Origin: Octopus vulgaris
Lineage: Eukaryota
Assembly (NCBI GenBank): GCA_951406725.2
Contig: OX597832.1
Coordinates: 930,001 to 994,000 of the forward strand
DNA length: 64,000 nt
Direction of reading: 5' to 3'
Shown in pieces: positions 40,952 to 52,940 of the stretch (its first letter is position 1; every line of letters begins with the position of its first letter). The translations under genes and the position numbers were made by a program. The notes beneath the pieces are model-generated. The model did not search any database. It was not told the origin of the DNA and saw only the letters and a program-made list of their open reading frames with translations.

Positions 40952-41189
40952 GATATATACGTACAAGATAAATATATAGAAGTATACAACCAATACATAC
41001 ACACCGATATACAAACCTACATATATACACGCATATGCACGCATAAATGGATACATACGAGTAGAAATAATACACACTTAATAAAATTTTATAAATACAT
41101 ATTTAGGAACAGTGTGTACAAGATAGAACACTCACACGTTTTTCATTAAGTAATTTCTTCTTAGATGTTAATCTATAATATAAATCCCG

Positions 41190-41233
<44 letters not shown>

Positions 41234-42564
41234 AAAACAGCCGTATTTTTCAACTGATTCTCTCGAAACTGGTAACATAGGGTAGAAAACACCCGTTCCT
41301 GAGTTACGCGGATAAGGGAGATAACTCTTTGCAAAATAACTTTCAGATATTTATTGTCTCCCTTACATTCATTGGTCATAAAAATATTTGAATATTGCTT
41401 TTTATATTAGATTCACGTCTTTGACAGTTTTTTTGAAATATTTACTTCCGGTTTTCTAGCGTCATTGACATCTATATCTCTCTATATCTGTCTGTCCATC
41501 TCTATCTATCTCTCACTCTCTATATCTCTCTATCTATATCTCTTTATCCATCTCTATCTCTATATCTATCTCTCTGATAGATCTTATCTATCTATATGTA
41601 TCCTATTTGTCTAACTAGTTAGCTCTCTCTATATATATATCACTTACTCTCTATTATTTTCCCTTTCATTTTTCAGACGATATTGTTTTCACTGTAAGTT
41701 TACAAACAACAACGACAAATTACTGAAAGAAAGAAGTTCACAATTACTGACCAAACTAATTTCATACATAATTTACTGACAGAAGTAACTTCATAAATTT
41801 CACTTCAATCCGTACACTTCGTTAAATTTGCCCACAAATTTTTTTATTTATTTTTGCAACGTTTTGTGTATGTTTTTTTTCTTGTTTTTTTTGGGAGGGG
41901 GGCCGAATTACTGATAAAGATCATAATTTAGTGACAGAAATAACTTCAAAAATTTCTGATAAATCCGTACACTTAGTTAATTTCCCTAAAAATTTCGGTA
42001 AATTGTGTGTAACACTCGCATGACTTTCACTAAGAAAAAAAACTCGTAGTTATGCTGCAAATCCCTTATTCTGGTTCGGAAAAAAAGGGGCGAGGAATCA
42101 CAGGAGTTTATATTTTTTGGTTGAATGAATTCCTGTGACCTCCCAATATGTTGCAAAACCCATTTTGAGGTTCGAAAAATGGGGTGGGCTGAGGTGGAAA
42201 CCTCGGAAGATTCACCCCCACCCCATTGATCTTTTCACCAGCATGATTTTCACTAAGACAAAAAAAAAAGGATTTTTTGCGTGGAATCAAGTACCCTGAC
42301 CTCCTAATTAGCTGCAAATCCCTTATTTTGGTTTGGAAAAAGGTGGGTGGGGTGAGGGGAACCCCCTATCCCGGAATCATTGAAATATTTTTTCGTTGAA
42401 TGACTTCCTGTGACGTACTAATATGCTACAAAACGGTGGGGTGAGGTGGAAGTCTCGGAAATTTTACCCACTCCCAACATTTTACAGAAATAAATTTTCC
42501 AGAGTGTGAATTACATGGTTCGTTCATAAATATATATATGTAGTAGAGAATGTGTCATTTATAT

Positions 42565-42599
<35 letters not shown>

Positions 42600-42602
<3 letters not shown>

Positions 42603-42850
42603 TGATTGATTGATTGATTCTAGTTTCAGCTTATGAGCTGTGGCCATGCTGGGGCACCGCCATTTGGTGTTGCTACTTGGTTTCACTTCATGGAGGCTTT
42701 CTAGCAACTGCTATTTGGTGCATGGGAGAGTTCGATGCAGCTGCCCTCATCTGCCCCTCCTGCCGTGAAGTTGGTTCATCTGGGACACCTGACAGGAAGA
42801 GATCCAGCTTCATTTTAAATACATCTGTATCCACCCCATGCAGGTCTCTA
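42600..42850 (-). mobile_element. CR1-like LINE 3' end with (AATC)n tail
   Basis: ORF2 C-terminus RDLHGVDTDVFKMKLDLFLSGVPDEP, then a 3' UTR ending CCAGCATGGCCACAGC...TGAAACTAG and (AATC)n. Confidence 0.75.
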
Positions 42851-43048
42851 TATATATATATATATTGCAACTAAGAAAATGGAGGATAACAATAGGTGGT
42901 TCATCAGCTTTTGGACATTAAAAATGTTAACTTATTAATCTATTAAACTGATAATTATAATAACATACATGCATATAGCATATTATTTTTGCATATAAGA
43001 TAAGGATACCAGTAATTATTAAAAACATGAATATAACTTGGGAAAATA

Positions 43049-43170
43049 ACTTACAGCTGTTTCACTCTATAGATTAAAGTACCTTATTCCGACTATATTA
43101 CTCAAGTGGATTGAGATAATAGGCAGATGAAAATGAGGTACGTGTATATATGTCTACGCTTCGTCAGAGA
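43049..43170 (-). ncRNA. Hammerhead ribozyme with extended helix II
   Basis: tct-CTGACGA-[~97 nt]-GAAA-cagctg-TA-ag. Confidence 0.6.
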
Positions 43171-43235
43171 TTATAAAGTACAAAAGTTAAGTTATAATAA
43201 TAAATATAAATATAAAATAAGCAAAATAGACACAT

Positions 43236-43279
<44 letters not shown>

Positions 43280-43648
43280 TAGATAGATAGATAGATAGAT
43301 AGATACATACATACATACATACATACATACATACATACATACATACATACATACATCATACATACATACATATATGGTTATACATAATTATATATACTGA
43401 AATATACATACACATCTACATCCATAAGCACATATAATATTCAGTTATTACTAATATTATCTATATATATAAAACTAAGAATGTGCCTGTCTGTCTGTGT
43501 GAATCCCTAATACTTTCATTCAAATTTTACACATGCCTTATTTAGGGTCCAGGGAGTGTCATGAGCAAAACAATGTTTAACTTCTTGCCTAGGGCAAGCC
43601 CACAGCAATATCATATCTTCTCCACTATTTCAGTCTTACGTGTTAAAA

Positions 43649-43725
43649 GTGAAACAAAAACATCTCTGTATTGTATGTATATGGATGCATATATATACAT
43701 ATATAGATGTATATATATATATGGA

Positions 43726-43773
<48 letters not shown>

Positions 43774-43849
43774 TCCATATATAAATACATCTATATATGT
43801 ATATATATGCATCCATATACATACAATACAGAGATGTTTTTGTTTCACT
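43649..43849. repeat. Near-perfect palindrome centred on (TA)n
   Basis: agtgaaacaaaaacatctctgtattg...(TA)n...caatacagagatgtttttgtttcact. Confidence 0.9.
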
Positions 43850-43971
43850 ATATATATATATACATGTATATATATATACATGTATATATATATATATATA
43901 GCTGTATATGTATAGCTGTATATGTATAGATGTATTTCTATAGATATACATCTGTGTATACATGTATGTCT

Positions 43972-44083
<112 letters not shown>

Positions 44084-44095
44084 GTACATGTAATA

Positions 44096-44141
<46 letters not shown>

Positions 44142-44216
44142 TATGCATACATATATACACCCATACTCTCACACACACACCCACACACGCACACGTACAC
44201 ACACACACACATACAT

Positions 44217-44530
44217 AGGTGCAGATGTGGCTGTGTGGGAACAAGCTTGGTTCCAAAACACATGGTCCTCAGTTCAGTCCCACTGTGTGGTAACTTGGCA
44301 TCTGTCTTCTGCTATAGCCTTAGACCAAACAAAGCCTTGTCAGTGGATTTTGTTGACAGAAACTGAAAGAAATCAATTGTATGTATATGTATGTATATAT
44401 GTACGTCTATGTGTGTGTCTTTGTGTTTCTCCCTCATCACTGCTTCACAACTGGTGTTCGTTTATTTACATTCCCATAACTTACTGGTTTCACAAGAAGA
44501 AACTGATAGAATAAGTACCAGGCTTATCAA
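44217..44530 (+). mobile_element. Older copy of the octopus-type SINE
   Basis: Diverged head and body matching 27012-27399. Confidence 0.75.
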
Positions 44531-44714
44531 AATATAAAAAAGCACTACGCAGTGTCTCATATTTTTGTTTGCCCACTCAGTTGTATCTATCAATTTATCT
44601 TTGTGTGTATGAGTGTGTGTATACATACATACATATATATATATAAGTGGATTTCGTAGACAGGAACTGAAACAAATCAATCGTATATATATGTATGTAT
44701 ATATGTAAGTGTAT

Positions 44715-45820
44715 GTGTTTTGGTATTGGCAACATGAATGACAATGGTCAGAGACTATTTGAATTTTGCACATACCATAACCTGTGCATCACTAACACAT
44801 TCTTCGCCAACAAGACATCCCACAAGGCATCTTGGAGACATCCAAGATCTCACCACTGGCATCAGCTGGATCTCATCATTACACGAAGATCCTTTCTGAT
44901 TCTGTTCAACTGACCCGTAGTTACCACAGCGTGGATTGTGACACAGATCATTCACTAATAAGAAGCAGGGTGAGGATTCTGCCTAAAAATGTCCATCACT
45001 AAAAGAAAATGGGCCGACCACGCATTAACACTACCAGAACCTCGGTCGCTACACTGCGACAATGTTTTGCTGTTTCTATCAATGTTGCCCTCAGTAGCTG
45101 CCCAACCCCCTCTGCTGAAAGTAGGTGGAATTACATCAGGGAAGCTTTGTATACCACATCAATAGATACGTTCGGCATGAGAGAAAGGCAAAACCCAGAT
45201 TGGTTCAATGCTGGGCTCTCAGAGCTGGAAACAGTTATCGAAGCAAAGCGTGCAGCTCTGATGCAATACAAGAGGGATTCTTCTACAAAGTCACTCGAAG
45301 AACTCAGAAAGGCAAGAAATAAAACCCAACTGACTGCCAGACGCTGTACAAATAGGTATTGGCAGGAAATCTGTTAGAGTATCCAGTCAGCTGTTGATAG
45401 TGGCGACACCCGTGGGATGTATGCCAGTTTGAAGAAGGTCCTCGGTCCATCCGCAACCAAGTCAGCCGCTCTGAAATCAACTACTGGAGATCTCATCAAG
45501 GACCAAAGCAAGCAAATGGATAGATGGGTGGAGTACTACCAGGATCTCTACTCACAGGAGACCACGGTAGCTGAGGCTGCAATCGAGGGTGTCAAGATAT
45601 TGCCAGTCATGTGCGAACTTGACAGTCTGCCATGTATAGCAGAACTCACCAAGGCTATTGACTCCCTAGCAAGTAACAAGGCTCCAGGAAAAGACGGCAT
45701 CTCCTTAGAGATCATCAAAACCGACAAAAATACCATCCTGTTTCAGCACTTTCATAAGCTTCTGTGTCAGTGCCGGGAAGAGGGTACAGTCCCTCAGGAA
45801 ATGCAGGATGCTAACATCTG
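44715..45820 (+). mobile_element. RTE (BovB-like) LINE fragment: APE C-terminus to start of RT
   Basis: Motifs MNDNGQRLFEFC...ITNTFF...[45 protein letters not shown]. Confidence 0.88.
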
Positions 45821-46012
45821 CACCTATGTATGTGGGGGGGGGGTATGTGTGTATGGGTGTATATATGTATGCATGTATATATGTGTATATATATATGTGT
45901 ACATATTACATGTACATCTATATATATATATATATACATCTAGACATACTTGTATATCTATAGAAATACATCTATACATATACATGTATACACATACAGC
46001 TATATATATACA

Positions 46013-46074
<62 letters not shown>

Positions 46075-46164
46075 GGTCCCGGGTTGAGTCGGGGTTAACC
46101 ACAGTAAATAAGGTACTCAATACATAGCAGAGTAAATTAATTTATTATATAGAAGGAGCTTCTA

Positions 46165-46202
46165 CAGGACTAGAACTGTTTCATTCAAAAGAAATCATCA
46201 AG
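46165..46202 (-). ncRNA. Truncated hammerhead-like motif
   Basis: TTGATGA-tttc-tttt-gaat-GAAA-cagttcta-GTC. The 5' strand of helix I is missing. Confidence 0.4.
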
Positions 46203-46711
46203 ATACATCCATATACATACAATAGAGAGATGTTTTTGTTTCACTTTTAACACGTAATACTGAAATACTGGAGAAGATATGATATTGCTGTGGGCAAGAA
46301 GTTGAAAATTTTTGCCCATATCACTACATGGACCCTAAGTAAGGCATATGTAAAATTTGAATGAAATTGGTCGTGTAGTTATCAAGTTTTAGGGAAACAC
46401 AGATAGACAGACAGACATTCACAGTTTTATATATATAGATATATAGATAGCAGAGAAAGTGACATCGTTCAGCTTTCTTCCTCCACACACACACAAAAAT
46501 TAGTTTGGGCGCGAAAGAGTTTGAGTTTTTTTCCTAAAACGCTGGTATAAAGCTTGACTACTCGAGCAAAAACGTGTGTTTTGCTGACAATTAATCCATT
46601 TATTTGACAACAATGAGGTAAGTTGCACTTTGTCAGTGAACTTTTACCTGTCTACATACATATATACACGCTATGATATATATATACACAATATAAATGT
46701 CACATTATCTA

Positions 46712-46767
<56 letters not shown>

Positions 46768-46797
46768 CATACATACATACATACATACATACATACA

Positions 46798-46833
<36 letters not shown>

Positions 46834-47426
46834 TATATATTTAATAATGAACCATGTAATTCACACTGGAAAATTTCTGTAAAATGTTGGGAATGGGTAA
46901 AATTTCCGAGGCTTCCACCACACTCCACCCCGTTTTTCGGACCCCCAAAAGGGTTTTGTAGCATATTAGGAGGTCATAGGAATTCATTCAGTGAAAAATA
47001 AGAAAATTTCCAATGATTCCAGGACGGAGGGTGACCCCCCCCCCTCCTTCCGAACACCAAAATAAGAGATTTGCAGTGTATTAGGAGGTCAGGGTACTTG
47101 ATTCCACGCAAAAATCCGATTTTTTTCCTTAGTGAAAATCGTGGTGGTGAAAAGATCAATGGGAGTGGGGTGAGGGGAAATTTCCGAGGCTTCCACCTCA
47201 CCACTCCCCGTTTTTCGAACCCCAAAAAGGGCTTTTCCGCATATTAGGGCACAGGAATTCATTCAACGAAAAAGTATAAACTCCTGTGATTCCTGGACTG
47301 GGGTTCCCCCTCGCCCCTTTTTTCCGAACCAAAATAAGGGATTTGCAGCATATTAGGAGGTCAAGGTACTTAATTCCACGCAAAAATCCGAGTTTTTTTT
47401 TCTTACTGAAAATCCCGCGGGTGTTA

Positions 47427-48670
47427 CGAGGGACGTTCAATAAGTAATGCCCCTGACCCACTTGCAGTTGTTTGATCTAGCTGAAATTTTGCATGTGCAA
47501 TTATTCATATCTTTATAGATTAAATGGCGAATTACAGCTCTGTGGTTTCTGATGTACAGGTGTTTGAACTGAGTCAAGTGTGAAATGGAGCCTGTTGAGT
47601 GTCGAGCAGTGGTCCGGTTTTTGTATTTGAAAGGACGCACACCACGGGAGACTTTTGATGAAATGAAAGTAACTTATGGTGATGATGCCCCATCATATGA
47701 CCTTGTAAAACGCTGGCATCGTGAATTCAAACATGGTCGGAACTCTGTGGAAACAGCTCCCAGATCTGGTCGCCCCCTTCTGCCATTGATGAGGCATCTG
47801 TCCGTCAAGTTGAGGCTGCCATTTTGGAAGATCGACGCATAACTATTCGCCAAATAGCCCATGAGGTCAAGATTAGTACCGGGTCTGTGGAAACTATCAT
47901 TCATGACCATTTGCATATGCAAAAGGTGTCTGCCAGATGGATTCCCAGGCTGCTCACACCTTTCCAGAAGCAAGAACGCGTCGAGTGCTCGAGGATGAAT
48001 TTGGAGATGTACCAAGAAGATGAGTCAAAATTTTTCAAATGATTCAGAGACCAAAGCCCAGTCAATGCAGTGGAAGCACCGTGACTCACCTCCTCTAAAG
48101 AAGGCAAGGGTTCAGCCCTCCGCTGGCAAGGTCATGCTCACAGTCTTCTGGGACCAGGACGGAGTAGTGATGACAGATTTCCTGGCAAAGGGTACCACAA
48201 TTAGAGGAGCCTATTATCCTTCACTTTTGAGGAAATTAAGAGAAGCTTTCAAAATCAAGAGGCGGAGCAAGATCAGCAAAGGCATCCTCCTCCTGCAGGA
48301 CAACGCTCCGGTCCACAACTCGCGTCTTGCCAGATCAGAAGCACAGGTGTGCGGCTATGAACTCCTCCCCCATCCCCCCTACTCTCCTGACCTTGCACCC
48401 TCTGATTTTCACCTCCTCCCAGCCATGAAGTTGTTTTTGAAAGGAAAGCGTTTCCCAGATGATGCAGCCTTGATTTCTGAAGTCACGTCGTAGTTGGAGG
48501 ACCAAGCTGGGGTCTTCTACAAAAACGGTCTCCAAAGCTGCATCAAACGATGTGAGAAATGCGTAACTCTGGATGGTTCCTATGTAGAAAAGACTAATAA
48601 CTGTGCCAAGTTTCGTTGCTCTACTGCTATGGGAAGTGGGTCAGGGACATTACTTATTGAACGCCCCTCG
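47427..48670 (+). mobile_element. Near full-length mariner (irritans/Himar-like), inactive
   Basis: 37-bp TIRs (CGAGGGACGTTCAATAAGTAATG...) with 2 mismatches and TA TSD. Motifs WIPRLLT, AGKVMLTVFWD, QDNAPVH, HPPYSPDLAPSDF. Frameshifted; first catalytic Asp region deleted. Confidence 0.95.
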
Positions 48671-48989
48671 TACACAAAAAATTTACCAAATTTTATTTAT
48701 TTTTTAACGGTTTTGCATTTTTCTGTTGTTAACGATTTTTTCTGGTTCCTTCGATAATGGCTGTTTGGTTCACTGGCAAATTTCGCTTGAACCCGTACAA
48801 TTCTTTATTTTCCGTAAAAATTTCTTATTTACTTTCTGCTCGTCGTATTAAGAAATATATTTTCCGTTACCCAGTTATTTTCATTGTTTACTATCTATCT
48901 TCTGCACCCGTTTATTTCTGTATACGTATATACCCATTCTTAGAAGGAAAGTGTCAAATTTGTTTACAATGCCAAGGTCAGCCAAAAGA

Positions 48990-49784
48990 TTGTGTCTGTT
49001 CAGGGAAAGAGACCCAGCTGCAAAACGGGAAGCATGCCAAAATCGAGCAGGCTGTGCACTACAAAAGCCAGAACATCTCAAAGTGATGAACAGAGGTTTG
49101 CACGGCTGACAAGAAATAGGATCTCCACTGCAGAACGAAGAGCAGTTGAAACAGCTCAGAGAAGCAACTTCTATGAAGCAGCTTTCAATTATGATTCAGC
49201 AGTTCATTATGCAGATGACACTAGAGTTTACATTGGTGAAATGACATTGTAGAGCAAGGAAGTGGCCTGGAGAGACACTTGCACTGTGCTTCAGTTGTGG
49301 AAAAGTTAAACTCCCTGCAATCCCCCAAGATTCCAAGCACTTCCAAAACAAAATTAGAAGTACAACGCTGCACTACAGATGACATCATTTGGAGCCACAA
49401 GAGATTTAACTGAGAGCATTCATACAAACTTTCAAGATCCAAGGTCATATTTATCATCGGATTGGCTCTTTACTACCTCCGTCATTTGAATCACCAAAAT
49501 CGGCCTTTCATTGTTTATAATCTGTACCTGCTTTTTTGGTTACGAAATAAGCTGCTCAAAACGTTTGTGAATTACATGTATTTACTTTATATACATATAT
49601 GAGTTGAAAACTTTCTTTTAGCATTTCACTTAACGTCTATGTTCCATGCTGTCATGGGTTGGAGAGTTATTAATGTAGAAAGTTGGTATCTCAGCTACTA
49701 GCAGTTGAGACCTGCGTAATCTAGACGGCGTTTTTAAATTTCTTTATTCTCTTTAACCCGGGAAACACTGGGTATTTCTGTTAG
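48990..49784 (+). mobile_element. Helitron Rep fragment and 3' terminus
   Basis: Motifs AFNYD, YIGEM, CGKVKLP, MTSFGA, FKIQGHIYHRIGSLLP. 3' hairpin CCCGGGAAACACTGGG followed by TTAG|t. Confidence 0.8.
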
Positions 49785-49799
49785 TATCTGATATTCATC

Positions 49800-50671
49800 T
49801 ACACAGAAGTTGCACCTAGTATCATTAACTTTGTACGATCTAGCATGACTGAGTATTTTCCAATTTATGTCGTATGATTTCTTACTGTCCTTCAATTTAC
49901 AAATTAGTTTATTTAGACTAGTACTCTTAATCCTACCTCTATTCCTAAAGGTGTACTCATGGTTTGCAATTCGATTTTTAATAAACTTTTCCGTTGATCC
50001 TATGTAAAAATAATTTTTACGTTCTAAATCAACCCTACATCTATATGCAATGTTGTTTTGTAAACAAAAATTATTAAAATAACATTTATCTTTATATCTA
50101 CAGTCAGAATTTCTAGCTGGATTATTCGCTGTAATAGGTTTATTATTTCTATTATTGCAAAAATTATCTAATCATTTATTATTAAAGGAAGAGATAATTC
50201 TAAACAAAGTTTTAGATACTGAAAATCCTATTCTAATCCTTTTATTATTGATTATTTTATTATATTTATGTTCTTTATTAAAGTGCTTAGATATAAATCT
50301 GTAAAAAAGATTGACTAAATTCGTTTTTATTTGCCATGCGTTAGGAATAATAAACCAGCAATAATTATGTTTTACTATTGTTAATCATATCATTACTACT
50401 TACAATTTTAAGGGCATCATTATAATATACGGCATTATTATTAAAGATTTCTTCATTAGAGGATGAATAAGAAACACGTCTCGAAATATTATTAACTAAA
50501 GTTCTTGCGATTACTTTAGGATGGTTACTGTTAAAGTTGATATAATTCAAATTATTGTTGGGCTTATGATACGGACTGTATAAGCCAGTAACAAGCTTCA
50601 GATTAACATCTAGGTAATTAACTGAATCATGTTCATCTGTATATAAGGCAGGATGTGTGTGTGTGTGTGTG

Positions 50672-50743
<72 letters not shown>

Positions 50744-51127
50744 TGAATGTAGTTTATGCACATCCACAAATTAGCACGCATGTCGCTCAAATTTTAGGAC
50801 ATTCATCACGATTCTAGCTGTATTTTCGTCAAATTATTTTCCCCCGAGGTATCCACGAATAGCGGTAAATAATTTTGAACCATAACTTCTAACAATTTTT
50901 ACGGCGGAGAAATTCACCATTGTTTACAAACCAAACATAAGTTAAGTCTCCTCCTAGCGATGGTGTAAAGAGAGAGATTTTTAAAATTTCGTCTTTTTAC
51001 TGAGTGATTGATAGGCAAAAACAGACAGACAGGTGTGGTTATGTATGTATGGCTTCAGGCACACACACACACATACAAGCATGTATGCGAACAAAACACA
51101 TGTATACAATGTGTGTGTGTGTTGCCC

Positions 51128-51162
<35 letters not shown>

Positions 51163-52873
51163 ATGAACGATATTCTCCGTTTCTCCACAACTAATTTCCA
51201 AATTAGCTGAATCCGTTGCTCTACTCATAGCGATTTATAGCTGGTCGTGCGTGAACATGGGAGAGAGCAGAGGTTACCAGAGCAAACGACCTACGTGTTG
51301 ACTGTAGATACGCTCCTTCGCAAACGATCAGCCATTACTTTGTAAACAATGTTTCGAAACTGTTCGTGTTTTCAAAACGAGAGATATGACTCTTACATCT
51401 CTCACATCTCTGCGGGAGAAGGTAGGCTTCTCTATTCCTGTTACATTTCCAGGTGCCAAATTTGCTTCAATTGATGATATTATTCGGGTAGGAGGTGGTG
51501 ATGGGACAGTGGCAGGAGCAAAGGCGTGCAAAAACATGTATTCAATAGGTGTATGTACGTATATTTGTGTGTGTGTGTGTGTATGTGTGTGCGTGCGTGC
51601 GTGTGTGTTGCCCATATATATATACTTAATTGTGATCTGAACATAACCGCTTCTCACACAGAGGATCGGGGGCCCTTTTGGGCGTTCTATTTTCCTTGCT
51701 GGAAGGGTTCTCAACCCATGGGCAAAGTGGGGTTACATGATGGGGGTGGTATTTTCAAAAGGGTTGGGATATGCAACCTGATCACCTCTGCCAATCAAAC
51801 TCCCAACCCATGCGCTCCCGTCACGACACTGATTCTGCAGAACTGGATTGGGTATGAAAACCAACTTTAAAGTATAAATATAGATGTTTTTGAATCAGCA
51901 ATGTTTGGTTAAGTCCTATTTGGGGTGAAAAATTAATGACCTGATTCCTTATGTGGTTTTCCATTTAATCAGGATAAAAAAAAATCGATAAACCGATTCC
52001 TTATAGAACTTCCCACTAAAATTGTTTACACCCCATTTTCAACCATAACGTCTACCAATTTTGATGTATTTTGTTCAAACTTGATGCCAGCATTACTTAG
52101 GACTCATGGGATCTTTGAATGCTTTAAGTTCTCCAAAAACGAAAAAAAAAAAAAAACAATCGCTGAGTGGGAAAAAATCGATAAACCGATTCCTTATGGG
52201 ATTTCCCAATCAAATTGTCTGCAAAATTTCAGCCAAAAGTTTACCAATTTCAACGGATTTCACTCAAATTTGACGTCGATGTTACTTAGTTTGCTTTGAA
52301 ATAAAGAGCTTGATTAGCTTAATAATTCTAACCTAATCCTGAGCAAAGCCGGGCTATACTGCTAGTTTTCTATAAAGCAAACCTTTAAAAAAGATATGGA
52401 ATTTTCCATATATAGGTTCAGTTTTCTATTGGATTGACTATTAATCAAAAGTAGTGCATCATTTCTATAGAGCCTACCTTTAATGTCTGGAAATTCATTA
52501 TGGAAATGATGTGATATGTATATACCTATTAAGTCAGTAACCTGGGTGGAATCGGCGGAACCCATGGTTATCTCAAAATATTCACTGGTATTTTTTCTGA
52601 CCCAGTACTTGTTATCAAATAAAATAATGGACTTCCTAGCTTCCAAAATAACTTTAATTTCTCTTAAATTGAGGTTAGAATGTTCCCTAGCAAATATAAG
52701 TGCACTATTTAGCACAATGGGATTAATAGCAGAATAATAATTATTAATATCGAACTGAATGAATTTACTTCCATTTTTATTATCTAATTTATCAAACCAA
52801 CTAACTACCAGAAATCTAGTTTTAATATTTCCTTAAGTTTAGGTCTATACTTATCTAGAATAATTTTACTTAA

Positions 52874-52875
<2 letters not shown>
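49800..52875 (-). mobile_element. Hydra-type Penelope-like element split by a Helitron
   Basis: RT: FEITMGSADSTQVTDLIGIY, LYRNDAL, NYLDVNL, YHKPNNNLNYINFNSNHP. GIY-YIG remnant near 49800-50100. Confidence 0.8.
50636..52365 (+). mobile_element. Non-autonomous Helitron inserted at A|T
   Basis: Starts TCTGTATATAAGG and ends CCTGAGCAAAGCCGGG...CTAG. Removing it restores the host frame ...VCFIENEHDSVNYLDV. Confidence 0.85.

Positions 52876-52939
<64 letters not shown>

Positions 52940-52940
<1 letters not shown>

Noticed and set aside
47585-48600. SETMAR-like gene
   Set aside because: No SET domain; bounded by TIRs and TA TSDs; transposase is broken.
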